This document shows positions 1 through 7,148 of a stretch of 32,000 nucleotides of DNA, one piece after another. A model generated the notes under the pieces. It made no database searches and was not told the origin of the DNA. It saw nothing but the letters and a program-made list of their open reading frames with translations. This DNA is from Parasynechococcus marenigrum WH 8102 (GTDB lineage Bacteria; Cyanobacteriota; Cyanobacteriia; PCC-6307; Cyanobiaceae). The stretch covers positions 1,350,001 to 1,382,000 of the forward strand of contig NC_005070.1 in assembly GCF_000195975.1 (NCBI RefSeq), given 5' to 3'. The translations under genes were made by a program, and so were the position numbers. The first letter of the stretch is position 1, and each line of letters opens with the position of its first letter.

Positions 1-300
1 CAGAGCCTTGACAAGGGCAGGCACCGCTTCGGCGTAAACCGCTCGGTACTGATCTTCCTCGTAGCTGGCCGTGGTCGGAGCCATGGCAATCAACACACCA
101 TCAAGGTCGTCGATAACACTGAAGTCAGCAGCGGAATCACCAGCACGGAGAATGCGGGGATGGTCGACTAGATCGCACAGCTCAGCCAGACGAGCCGGGC
201 CCGTTGTAGTACCCATCAGCTCGTAGCCCTGTGCGCGCAAGTGGAGGGCAACAGCTGAACCGACGTAACCACAGCCCACCACTCCGAACCGACCTGACAT
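1..300 (-). CDS. NAD(P)-binding Rossmann-fold protein, N-terminal part (gene continues past the left window edge)
   Basis: Absent from the ORF track because it is open at the edge. Reverse-strand ATG at 298-300 gives MSGRFGVVGCGYVGSAVALHLRAQGYELMGTTTGPARLAELCDLVDHPRILRAGD..., with a GxGxxG motif at the N-terminus and no stop down to base 1. Confidence 0.6.
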   Translation of the reverse strand, partial: MSGRFGVVGCGYVGSAVALHLRAQGYELMGTTTGPARLAELCDLVDHPRILRAGDSAADFSVIDDLDGVLIAMAPTTASYEEDQYRAVYAEAVPALVKAL

Positions 301-381
301 AAATTTGCCGCCTGTGTTCACACAACGTAACGATTCATGGGTCGATGTGTTGTGAGATCCGCTGCAGTCTCTGTTTTTGGC

Positions 382-735
382 TCAAAACAGCAGTTGCAGT
401 AGCCCCAGCGTGACCAGGGCCAGTGCAACGGCAACAGCCAGCCCCCCCAGCAGCAGAACAACACCCGCCACCAGACCGATCCGCGCTGCCGTTCGGGGAA
501 ACAGGAGATAAAAGCTGAGGCCGAATGCCACGGGCCACAGCGGTGGTAGAAGAACGCAAACGGCCGTGAGCAGGGTTAATCGACGGCGACGGCTGCGATC
601 CTGTTCCTGGGACAGCTGAATCCGCTGGTTCTTTCGATCGAGTTCCGCCTGTTCCTCGTCGCTTAGCCAGCGACCCCGTTGGCGGGCGGCCTCAAGATCC
701 TGTGCCGGATTGTTCGGGATGGATCCCTCAGTCAT
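382..735 (-). CDS. hypothetical membrane protein (117 aa)
   Basis: Charged N-terminal half ending in RSRRRR, then hydrophobic helices (LTLLTAVCVLLPPLWPVAFGLSFYLLF; IGLVAGVVLLLGGLAVAVALALVTLGLL). No family recognised. Confidence 0.5.
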   Translation of the reverse strand: MTEGSIPNNPAQDLEAARQRGRWLSDEEQAELDRKNQRIQLSQEQDRSRRRRLTLLTAVCVLLPPLWPVAFGLSFYLLFPRTAARIGLVAGVVLLLGGLAVAVALALVTLGLLQLLF

Positions 736-764
736 GGCGTCAGCCTAGGAAGCCCTGACAACGC

Positions 765-1157
765 CTACAGCCCATTGAGTTGTTGGAACAGGGAACGACG
801 GTCCTGCTCCAACTCAATCTGAATAATGCGCGCCACCGCCTGAGGATCACTGAGAACCGCGTCATGGGTGAAACGCAGCGTGCGCAGATGGCGACTGAGC
901 AGACGATCACGGTTGTAATCCTTGTCGCGACGTTTGGTTTTGTTGTGGCGAGCCCCGTCAATTTCCACATTCAGCAGCCCATGGGGGGAGATCACCAGCA
1001 GATCCAGGGTGCGACGGGTGCCAGTTGCACCCTCGGGGATGCAGATATGCATTTCAAAACTGAACAGAAGTCCGGCAGCTTCGAGGGCTTCACACAGCCG
1101 CATATGACCCTCTGACTGAAGATCAACCCCCTTGAACCTCTGCCCCCACTCAGCCAT
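765..1157 (-). CDS. DUF559 / Vsr-like endonuclease-fold domain protein (130 aa)
   Basis: LDLLVISPHGLLNVEIDGARHNKTKRRDKDYNRDRLLSRHLRTLRFTHDAV fits the DUF559 pattern (D..(I/V)E(I/V)DG..H ... D..R...L ... RF) as I remember it. Confidence 0.6.
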   Translation of the reverse strand: MAEWGQRFKGVDLQSEGHMRLCEALEAAGLLFSFEMHICIPEGATGTRRTLDLLVISPHGLLNVEIDGARHNKTKRRDKDYNRDRLLSRHLRTLRFTHDAVLSDPQAVARIIQIELEQDRRSLFQQLNGL

Positions 1158-1166
1158 GCCCGAGGT

Positions 1167-1463
1167 TCAGCGGTTCACCAGGCGTGCATGCAGCGCACAC
1201 ACCTTGGCCGCCTTGGCAGGTGGCGCCTGACAGAGAGCACCCAGCTCCTGGATCAGCTGCTGAAACAAGCCAACGTCCGCTCCGGGCAGAGACGAAAGCG
1301 CAGACAAGAAGCCAACCATCGCCACCATCACCCTCCGATCCGATCTTGAGACAAGATTAAGACCCTGAAGCTGGAGGGTTGCCCTGAGGCTGATCCCCCT
1401 CATCCAGCTGAACCACTTGCCATCACCGCTTCGACGCGCTCGGTGTTGAGCACGCCTTGGCAA
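1167..1463 (-). CDS. hypothetical protein, start uncertain (98 aa maximum; possibly the 53-aa MVAMVGFLSALSS... form)
   Basis: ORF ends 9 nt upstream of the DUF559 start on the same strand. The N-terminal part is R-rich and may not be coding. Confidence 0.25.
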   Translation of the reverse strand: MPRRAQHRARRSGDGKWFSWMRGISLRATLQLQGLNLVSRSDRRVMVAMVGFLSALSSLPGADVGLFQQLIQELGALCQAPPAKAAKVCALHARLVNR

Positions 1464-1729
1464 TCAAGAATCAGATCAAACAGAGGTGCTAAGCCGGGGA
1501 GATGCATTGTCCCCATTCAGGCGACATCAGGCCAACAACACATCCCCCAACTGAGGGATTTTGAACTCAACCGGTGGTCTCAGGCCTGGGATGCGAGCAC
1601 GGAGAGCGCTGCTAACACCGCAACAGAGACGACGATGAACGACAGACCCATTGCTATTTCATTGCTGCGCTTGATGTTCTGATAACTGCGCATGGCCCGA
1701 TCGCGTGGATCGCCAAGCTAAGGGCGTAG

Positions 1730-1954
1730 TCACAAACCCAACGAATGGGTCAATAGATCTTGATGTCGACGAGACGTTTCTTCATGTCCAAGAGAACAGG
1801 GACCTGACTCCAGCTCAATCCACTCCAGGATCAACCCATGCAGGCGAGCCAGTGCACTCCGCTGTTCCAACGAGCCAGCGGGTGTGTACTTGAAATCCAT
1901 GAACGCCCGGTCAGCCAGCGGACGTTGTTGCAGGCAACGATCCTGAATCGACAT
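1730..1954 (-). CDS. hypothetical protein (74 aa from MSIQDR...)
   Basis: The internal ATG at 1952-1954 overlaps the stop of the upstream 33-aa ORF (TGATG). Third-position GC is high for about the first 50 codons and drops at the C-terminus, so the 3' end is uncertain. Confidence 0.35.
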   Translation of the reverse strand: MSIQDRCLQQRPLADRAFMDFKYTPAGSLEQRSALARLHGLILEWIELESGPCSLGHEETSRRHQDLLTHSLGL

Positions 1955-2055
1955 CAACTTTGCGGCTGCCCCGAACCGGACAGGCGCGAGATCCAAAGCA
2001 CCATGCTGGCGGCAGAAAAGGCGCCAAAAATCGTGAGAAGCAGCTGCGTAGACAT
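1954..2055 (-). CDS. tiny single-TM peptide (33 aa, MSTQLLLTIFGAFSAASMVLWISRLSGSGQPQS)
   Basis: Below the 60-aa cut-off of the ORF track. One hydrophobic helix. Its stop overlaps the ATG of the next ORF (TGATG), which suggests translational coupling. Confidence 0.3.
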   Translation of the reverse strand: MSTQLLLTIFGAFSAASMVLWISRLSGSGQPQS

Positions 2056-2286
2056 CTCGCTGAGGCGCGCTTTCAGCGCAACCGAAAACTTCGTCACAAA
2101 ACTACATGCGCTGATCCTGATGTGTGGGCACGTCCATCAATCGAGCGCGAACAGCCGTGCGCGAGCAGCATCACCAATCGCCGATGTGTCATGTTGAAGG
2201 GGTGAAACAGGTCTGATCAGGCCTGTGAGCTGAGCAACCCTGATAACGCAGGCGAGCGAGAACCTGATAACCCTGTTTTGAACACA

Positions 2287-2421
2287 ATGAAGAAACACAC
2301 CGCACGGCGTGCCTCAAACTTGGCTGCGCGCAAGATTGCGACCCCGAAGAACCCTCCATCCAACCAGCACAAAAACTCTTCCCAACTGATCAGCTGGGAA
2401 GAGGTCATCGGCAAGCGCTGA
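2287..2421 (+). CDS. small basic protein (44 aa, MKKHTARRASNLAARKIATPKNPPSNQHKNSSQLISWEEVIGKR)
   Basis: Below the ORF-track cut-off. ATG start, convergent with the RRM gene, and its stop lies inside the shared hairpin at 2417-2451. Confidence 0.3.
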   Translation: MKKHTARRASNLAARKIATPKNPPSNQHKNSSQLISWEEVIGKR

Positions 2422-2451
2422 ACCGAGCTGAAATCAGCGGCGGGGTTCAGC
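2417..2451. terminator. hairpin between convergent genes (possible bidirectional terminator)
   Basis: GCTGAACC (2417-2424) pairs with GGTTCAGC (2444-2451), with an inner GCTG/CAGC stem. It overlaps both stop codons. There is no clear U-tract. Confidence 0.3.
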
Positions 2452-2691
2452 CTGACGAACTGTGATCCCGCGTCCCATCCACTCGACGTCCTGCAGGTCG
2501 TCGATGGCGGACTTTTCATCCGCAGCATTGGCGAGGTCGACAAAGGCAAAGCCACGCTTTCGGCCGGTCTCCCGATCCAAAGGCAGCGAACACTTGCTGA
2601 CCTCGCCGTACTGGCTGAACAGATGAACGAGGTCTTCTCTCTCAGCGTCCCAGGAGAGATTGCCAATGAAAATCGTCAAAAAAAGGGCCAA
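2434..2691 (-). CDS. rbp: RRM-type RNA-binding protein (cyanobacterial Rbp family)
   Basis: RNP2-like IFIGNLS and RNP1-like KRGFAFVDL motifs. The track start at 2691 is TTG. An in-frame TTG at 2679 would give the typical MTIFIGNLS N-terminus, so the true start is probably 2679. Confidence 0.9.
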   Translation of the reverse strand: MALFLTIFIGNLSWDAEREDLVHLFSQYGEVSKCSLPLDRETGRKRGFAFVDLANAADEKSAIDDLQDVEWMGRGITVRQAEPRR

Positions 2692-2737
2692 AACCGTACT
2701 AACTCACCATCGCATACAGCCGAACCTTGGATGCCAC

Positions 2738-2929
2738 TCATCCAGCAGGCTCCGCAGGCGGTGGCAGTGACAGAACGAATGTCAGCAGAGCTGAAGCAAG
2801 ACGTGCGTCGCCCTCAAGTACTAAGAGACGGTGCACGTCCATCGCTTGACCAAGGTCCGGCGTCGCCGATCCGTTGATCAGACCACGCGCTTTGCTGCGG
2901 GCGATGACGTGCTGGAGCGACATGGTCAT
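2738..2929 (-). CDS. hypothetical protein (63 aa from MTMSLQHVIARSKARG...)
   Basis: ATG at 2927-2929 lies within the 72-aa TTG-started track ORF. It sits between repeat copy 1 and rbp on the same strand. No family recognised. Confidence 0.3.
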   Translation of the reverse strand: MTMSLQHVIARSKARGLINGSATPDLGQAMDVHRLLVLEGDARLASALLTFVLSLPPPAEPAG

Positions 2930-3008
2930 GACTCCAAGCTGGCTTATCTGAACCAAAGCCCTTCAGGTCTTCCACATTGCAGCGGTATTGGGCCAAAACC
3001 AGGCATGG

Positions 3009-3471
3009 GCACGCCATTTCCAACATCGGTGGGCACTGCCCCAGAGGCAATGCGCCTTAACACCGATTGCCGGATGTGCTCCACGCGACCAACACTGTGG
3101 TCATCGAGATCGGAGGTGCCCATGACGGCCGACACTCCACCTGAGCAACACCCAGAAGCTGCCTGACTGACTCGGCCCCTGCTCCAACAGTTTCCACCCA
3201 TCCGTAAGGCTCGTCCTTTGGCAGGCATTCCTTGAGCGCCACGTCAATCGACACTCCATTGCACCGTCCTCAGGTGCCCAGGAGTCCACAAGCCTTCACA
3301 CCTGGACCCCATGGCCCCAGGCGCCATCCAGCCAGACGCTTTGACCGTTTCTTCAGTCCCTTTGCTTGAGGTTCCAACTCCCTGAAGCATTACTGATCAG
3401 GTCGATTGCTATGCACAAACGAGCGAGATAGGCCGTCCTTCCCATCCGGGAGGGGCGGCCTTCCCCTTGTT
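3009..3471. repeat. Direct repeat R, copy 1 (463 bp)
   Basis: Base-by-base comparison with 7149-7611 gives 461/463 identical with no indels. Mismatches are at 3030 and 3035 only. Identity ends abruptly at 3008 and 3472. Confidence 0.97.
3430..3471 (+). terminator. plus-strand hairpin plus T-rich tail at the right end of R copy 1
   Basis: 14-bp stem (3430-3443 with 3448-3461), loop ATCC, tail TTCCCCTTGTT. Two stem pairs are T-G on the plus strand, which are G-U wobbles in plus-strand RNA but A-C mismatches in minus-strand RNA. Confidence 0.45.
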
Positions 3472-3560
3472 GGGTGCATGGATCAGATCAATAGAAGGCC
3501 TGTTGTTTGGCGCTTTTCGATCCTTGGACTGTTCACCCTGGATGTAGTTGCAGCTAAGCC

Positions 3561-3755
3561 ATGGGTGGATTGAGTGGCACCAAATCAGACGACTTCATCA
3601 ACGCCGCCAAAGCACGTGCTGAGGCCGCCATTCAGGACAACCAGCCGAAGCTGACCAAGCTGGAAAAAGCTTTCCGCCATGCCGCCCTGCGGCGCCGGGC
3701 CCAGGATGCGCGCAGGGCTGCTGACGACCATCGCGCTAAACCCAACACCCATTAA
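3561..3755 (+). CDS. small charged hypothetical protein (64 aa) upstream of ocp
   Basis: ATG ORF MGGLSGTKSDDFINAAKARAEAAIQDNQPKLTKLEKAFRHAALRRRAQDARRAADDHRAKPNTH. Same strand as ocp, 91 nt upstream. Predicted helical and charged. No family recognised. Confidence 0.45.
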   Translation: MGGLSGTKSDDFINAAKARAEAAIQDNQPKLTKLEKAFRHAALRRRAQDARRAADDHRAKPNTH

Positions 3756-3846
3756 CAGATCAGAGCGACATCCGCAGGCCCTGAGCCCAATCCAGCTAAA
3801 ACTCGAAACATAGTGTTACGGTTCGTACGCTCTGTGTCCCCTGCGG

Positions 3847-4803
3847 ATGTTCACGCTCGACAAAGCTCGTCAGATCTTCCCAGACACGCTGAGCGCTGCA
3901 GCCGTCCCGGCCATCACAGCCCGCTTCAAGCTGCTGAGCGCAGAGGACCAGTTGGCACTGATCTGGTTTGCTTATCTGGAAATGGGCCGGACCATCACCG
4001 TGGCGGCACCGGGTGCGGCCCGCATGGCGCTGGCACAGCCGACGCTGGATGAAATCCAGGCGATGAGCTTTGACGAGCAGACCAAGGTGATGTGCGACCT
4101 GGCTGGCAAGATCAACAGCCCGATTTCGGCGCGCTACGCCTACTGGTCGGTGAATGTGAAGCTGTGCTTCTGGTACGAGCTGGGCGAATTCATGCGCCAG
4201 GGCAAGGTGGCTCCGATTCCTCAGGGGTACAGGTTGTCCGCCAACGCCAACTCAGTTCTGGAGGCCGTCAAAAAAGTTGAGCAGGGCCAACAGATCACTT
4301 TGCTGCGCAACTTCGTGGTGGACATGGGCTACGACCCCGATGTGGACGACAGCCAGGTGGTCACCGAGCCGATCGTGGCCCCGACACCGGTTGATCAGCG
4401 CGAAGAGATCCTGATCCCCGGCGTGCTGAATCAGACCATCCTCAGCTACATGCAGCTGCTCAATGCCAACGACTTTGATCAACTGATCGATCTGTTTCTC
4501 AACGATGGTGCTCTGCAGCCCCCCTTCCAGCGTCCCATTGTCGGCCGCGACGCCATCCTGAAATTCTTCAAGCGGGATTGTCAGAACCTGAAGTTGATGC
4601 CCCAGGGCGGTTATGGCGAGCCGACCGAAGGTGGCTTCAACCAGATCAAGGTCACCGGCAAGGTGCAGACCCCCTGGTTCGGTCGTGAGGTGGGCATGAA
4701 CGTGGCTTGGCGCTTCCTGCTGGATGAAAACGACAAGATCTATTTCGTGGCCATCGACTTGCTGGCATCACCAGCCGAGTTGCTCAAGCTGGGTGGCAAA
4801 TGA
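3847..4803 (+). CDS. ocp: orange carotenoid protein (OCP)
   Basis: 318 aa, collinear with Synechocystis OCP as I remember it: ...AEDQLALIWFAYLEMGRTITVAAPGAA..., ...QITLLRNFVVDMG..., and NTF2-like C-terminal domain DGALQPPFQRPIVGRDAILKFF...VTGKVQTPWFG...NVAWRFLL...FVAIDLLASP. Confidence 0.97.
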   Translation: MFTLDKARQIFPDTLSAAAVPAITARFKLLSAEDQLALIWFAYLEMGRTITVAAPGAARMALAQPTLDEIQAMSFDEQTKVMCDLAGKINSPISARYAYWSVNVKLCFWYELGEFMRQGKVAPIPQGYRLSANANSVLEAVKKVEQGQQITLLRNFVVDMGYDPDVDDSQVVTEPIVAPTPVDQREEILIPGVLNQTILSYMQLLNANDFDQLIDLFLNDGALQPPFQRPIVGRDAILKFFKRDCQNLKLMPQGGYGEPTEGGFNQIKVTGKVQTPWFGREVGMNVAWRFLLDENDKIYFVAIDLLASPAELLKLGGK

Positions 4804-5527
4804 GTTCAGCCCTCAGGCCCTCAAAGGGTTGGCTCTGGCTGGTCTGATTGGATCAGCCTGGCTGCTCTCCCTGGGCCTGAGCTACACCCTGCCACTTGAT
4901 CAGACGCCTGGGCTGTTGATTGGCAGCTTGATTCTGCTCAGAGCATTTCTGCACACCGGGCTGTTCATCGTTGCCCACGATTCCATGCACGCCAGTCTGG
5001 TTCCGGGTCATCCCGGATTGAACCGCTGGATCGGCAAAGTGTATTTGTTGGTGTATGCAGGCTTGTCTTATGAGCGTTGTTCCCGCAACCACAGACGTCA
5101 TCACCTGGCACCGGAGACGTTCCAGGATCCTGACTACCAACGTTGCACCAATAACAACATCCTAGATTGGTATGTTCACTTCATGGGCAACTATCTGGGC
5201 ATGCGGCAACTGTTAAATCTAAGCTGTCTTTGGCTGGCGCTAATCATTCTCAACGGTTCTGATCTCCCTGCTCAGATCATGCATCTGCTGTTGTTCAGCG
5301 TTCTGCCGTTGATCATCAGTTCCTGTCAATTGTTTCTAGTGGGAACCTGGTTACCCCACCGACGTGGGGCCACGACACGACCGGGCGTGACAACGCGCAG
5401 CCTGGCTTTGCATCCAGCCCTCTCTTTCGCAGCTTGTTACAACTTTGGCTATCATCGTGAACATCATGAATCGCCTTCCACACCCTGGTTTCAGCTGCCA
5501 CAACTTCGAAATGAATCATTCACTTGA
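4724..5527 (+). CDS. crtW: beta-carotene ketolase CrtW
   Basis: Three His boxes typical of CrtW (HDSMHAS, HRRHH, HREHHESP) and hydrophobic segments. The ATG at 4724 overlaps ocp by 80 nt. An in-frame GTG at 4793 (11-nt overlap) is an alternative start. Confidence 0.9.
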   Translation: MKTTRSISWPSTCWHHQPSCSSWVANEFSPQALKGLALAGLIGSAWLLSLGLSYTLPLDQTPGLLIGSLILLRAFLHTGLFIVAHDSMHASLVPGHPGLNRWIGKVYLLVYAGLSYERCSRNHRRHHLAPETFQDPDYQRCTNNNILDWYVHFMGNYLGMRQLLNLSCLWLALIILNGSDLPAQIMHLLLFSVLPLIISSCQLFLVGTWLPHRRGATTRPGVTTRSLALHPALSFAACYNFGYHREHHESPSTPWFQLPQLRNESFT

Positions 5528-5572
5528 CCATTTCTGATCAACGCTGATTTCCTCCTCACCGCTTTCCCCTTC

Positions 5573-5893
5573 ATGTCGGCAACAGACTGGACATCCGAAG
5601 AACAGACCGTTGCCCGCACTGCATTCGAGCTCGGCAAACAGCGTTCAATCACGGCTTTGATTTCAACACTGCAGGAGCAATCCAGCACGCTTGATACACC
5701 GGAATCGGTCTGGAAGCTACATGACCACCTCAGTACTGAGCGCTATCTTTATGAAGGGCGCGCTGAGTTCGACGAAGGCAATGTGTTGTTCGTGTTAGCC
5801 GACATGATCAAACAACGTTTGATCGCGTTGGATGATCTGCAGGGATTGGATCAAACCAAAGTGAGCAAAGTCAAAGCAATGTCGATGTTCTGA
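5573..5893 (+). CDS. frp: fluorescence recovery protein (FRP)
   Basis: 106 aa. W-S/T-x-x-E...A...F, VWKLHDHLSTERY and FVLADMIKQRLI...KVSKVKA align with Synechocystis Slr1964 (LWKLHDFLSAKRH ... FVFAQLLKEGLV ... KQSKIKA) from memory. Position after ocp-crtW matches the operon known in marine Synechococcus. Confidence 0.88.
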   Translation: MSATDWTSEEQTVARTAFELGKQRSITALISTLQEQSSTLDTPESVWKLHDHLSTERYLYEGRAEFDEGNVLFVLADMIKQRLIALDDLQGLDQTKVSKVKAMSMF

Positions 5894-5917
5894 TCGTACG
5901 CAGAATGTGATCAGAAC
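5887..5917. terminator. hairpin between convergent frp and GT2
   Basis: GTTCTGATC (5887-5895) pairs with GATCAGAAC (5909-5917) around a 13-nt loop. It overlaps the frp stop. No strong U-tract. Confidence 0.3.
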
Positions 5918-5929
5918 CACTTGGGAACT

Positions 5930-7135
5930 TCAACGAAGTGAGCGTCCCTTCCAGGTCCACCCCTGACCGGTGAAGGTCCGCCAAACCGACACGGGCCCGA
6001 TGGTGCCGACAATCAACCCTCCAGCACCCATCAGCCACCAGTAATCGATGGGCAGCTGAAATTCCCGTCTGGTCCACAGACGCAGGATTAACTGCTGAAG
6101 AACAGCGATTGAGGCGGCAGCCAGCAGAGCCAGCCACCACCACTGAGCGATCGGGAGAACCAACAACAATCCAATCGCAACGGGAATCAGCAACCAGGGC
6201 AGGCTGAACATCAGCACCACCACGCCGGCAGCAGCCAGTGCTTTGCCGGGATCGCGATCCAGTCCCAGGCACCAGTTTTTGGTCCAGCCTTCCCACAACG
6301 CGGCCAGATCGGCGTACATGCGCAGATCAACGGCATCAAGACCCAGCAGGTAGCGCAAGCGATGACCGCCCGTCTTGATCCTGCGCGCCAAGGCCAGATC
6401 CTCCACCACTTCTGCCGCCAGTGCACGGTGCCCACCGATCCGTTCATAAACACTGCGGCGGAAGAGCATGAATGGTCCAGCAGCGAAGGCGACGTCGGAG
6501 TCGGGATCATTGGCGGCTTCGATCGGAAAACCCAGCCCCAGCAGGCTGGCCATGATCGGTTGCACCATCCATTCGGCCAGGCAGTCACAGGTGAGTCGTG
6601 GCGCCAGGCTCAACAGATCCGCCTGATCCGCGATCGCCTGAGCCAGTGATCGCCGGATGGCATCGGCTTGCAGCTGCACATCGGCATCGATGAACAGCAC
6701 CCAGTCGCTGCGCACCTGCTCCATGGCCCGGGTGCACGCCCAGTTCTTGCCCACCCAGCGCTCAGAGGCCGGACGGGGACCGGCCGGCAGCACACTGAAC
6801 CCCGCCGTGGACTGCGGGTGGCGGGCAGCACAGGCCACCGCCAGCTCCGCCGTGGAATCAGTTGAGTCGTCATCCACCACCAACACCTCCCAATCCACGC
6901 AGGGGGGCTGGCCGTTGAGCACGCTGGCCAGGCAAGCGCCGATGTTGCCGGCTTCGTTGTAAGCCGGAATCACCACCGTGAGGGAGGTCTGGGGCACAGG
7001 CACGTCCGCCGCAGCCTGCAATTGCGGCGCCAGTTCGAACACCCGCCAGAGGCCGACCTGCAGGATCAGCAGGCCAATGCAGGAGGCCATGGCGGTGGCC
7101 AGCAACCCCAGCGCAACGATCACCAGTGGATCCAA
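5930..7135 (-). CDS. membrane-anchored family 2 glycosyltransferase (CrtQ/CruC/CruG-like architecture)
   Basis: 401 aa. N-terminal TM helix, GT-A motifs VVIPAYNE, VVDDDSTDST, FIDADV, then GKNWAC, LLSLAPR, EDLALARR, LWEGWTKNW, several C-terminal TM helices and a TWKGRSL C-terminus. The start is TTG at 7135, with alternatives GTG 7123 and ATG 7090. Confidence 0.85.
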   Translation of the reverse strand: MDPLVIVALGLLATAMASCIGLLILQVGLWRVFELAPQLQAAADVPVPQTSLTVVIPAYNEAGNIGACLASVLNGQPPCVDWEVLVVDDDSTDSTAELAVACAARHPQSTAGFSVLPAGPRPASERWVGKNWACTRAMEQVRSDWVLFIDADVQLQADAIRRSLAQAIADQADLLSLAPRLTCDCLAEWMVQPIMASLLGLGFPIEAANDPDSDVAFAAGPFMLFRRSVYERIGGHRALAAEVVEDLALARRIKTGGHRLRYLLGLDAVDLRMYADLAALWEGWTKNWCLGLDRDPGKALAAAGVVVLMFSLPWLLIPVAIGLLLVLPIAQWWWLALLAAASIAVLQQLILRLWTRREFQLPIDYWWLMGAGGLIVGTIGPVSVWRTFTGQGWTWKGRSLR

Positions 7136-7148
7136 AGGCGGTCGGCAA

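Noticed and set aside
2217-2666. 149-aa minus-strand ORF overlapping the RRM gene
   Set aside because: It is an alternative frame of the well-supported rbp gene and is S/R/C-rich. Long shadow ORFs like this are expected in GC-rich DNA.
3815-3828. NtcA-like GT-N10-AC site (GTTACGGTTCGTAC) upstream of ocp
   Set aside because: It deviates from GTA-N8-TAC and ends only 18 nt before the ATG. That leaves no room for a -10 box and leader in the usual class II geometry.
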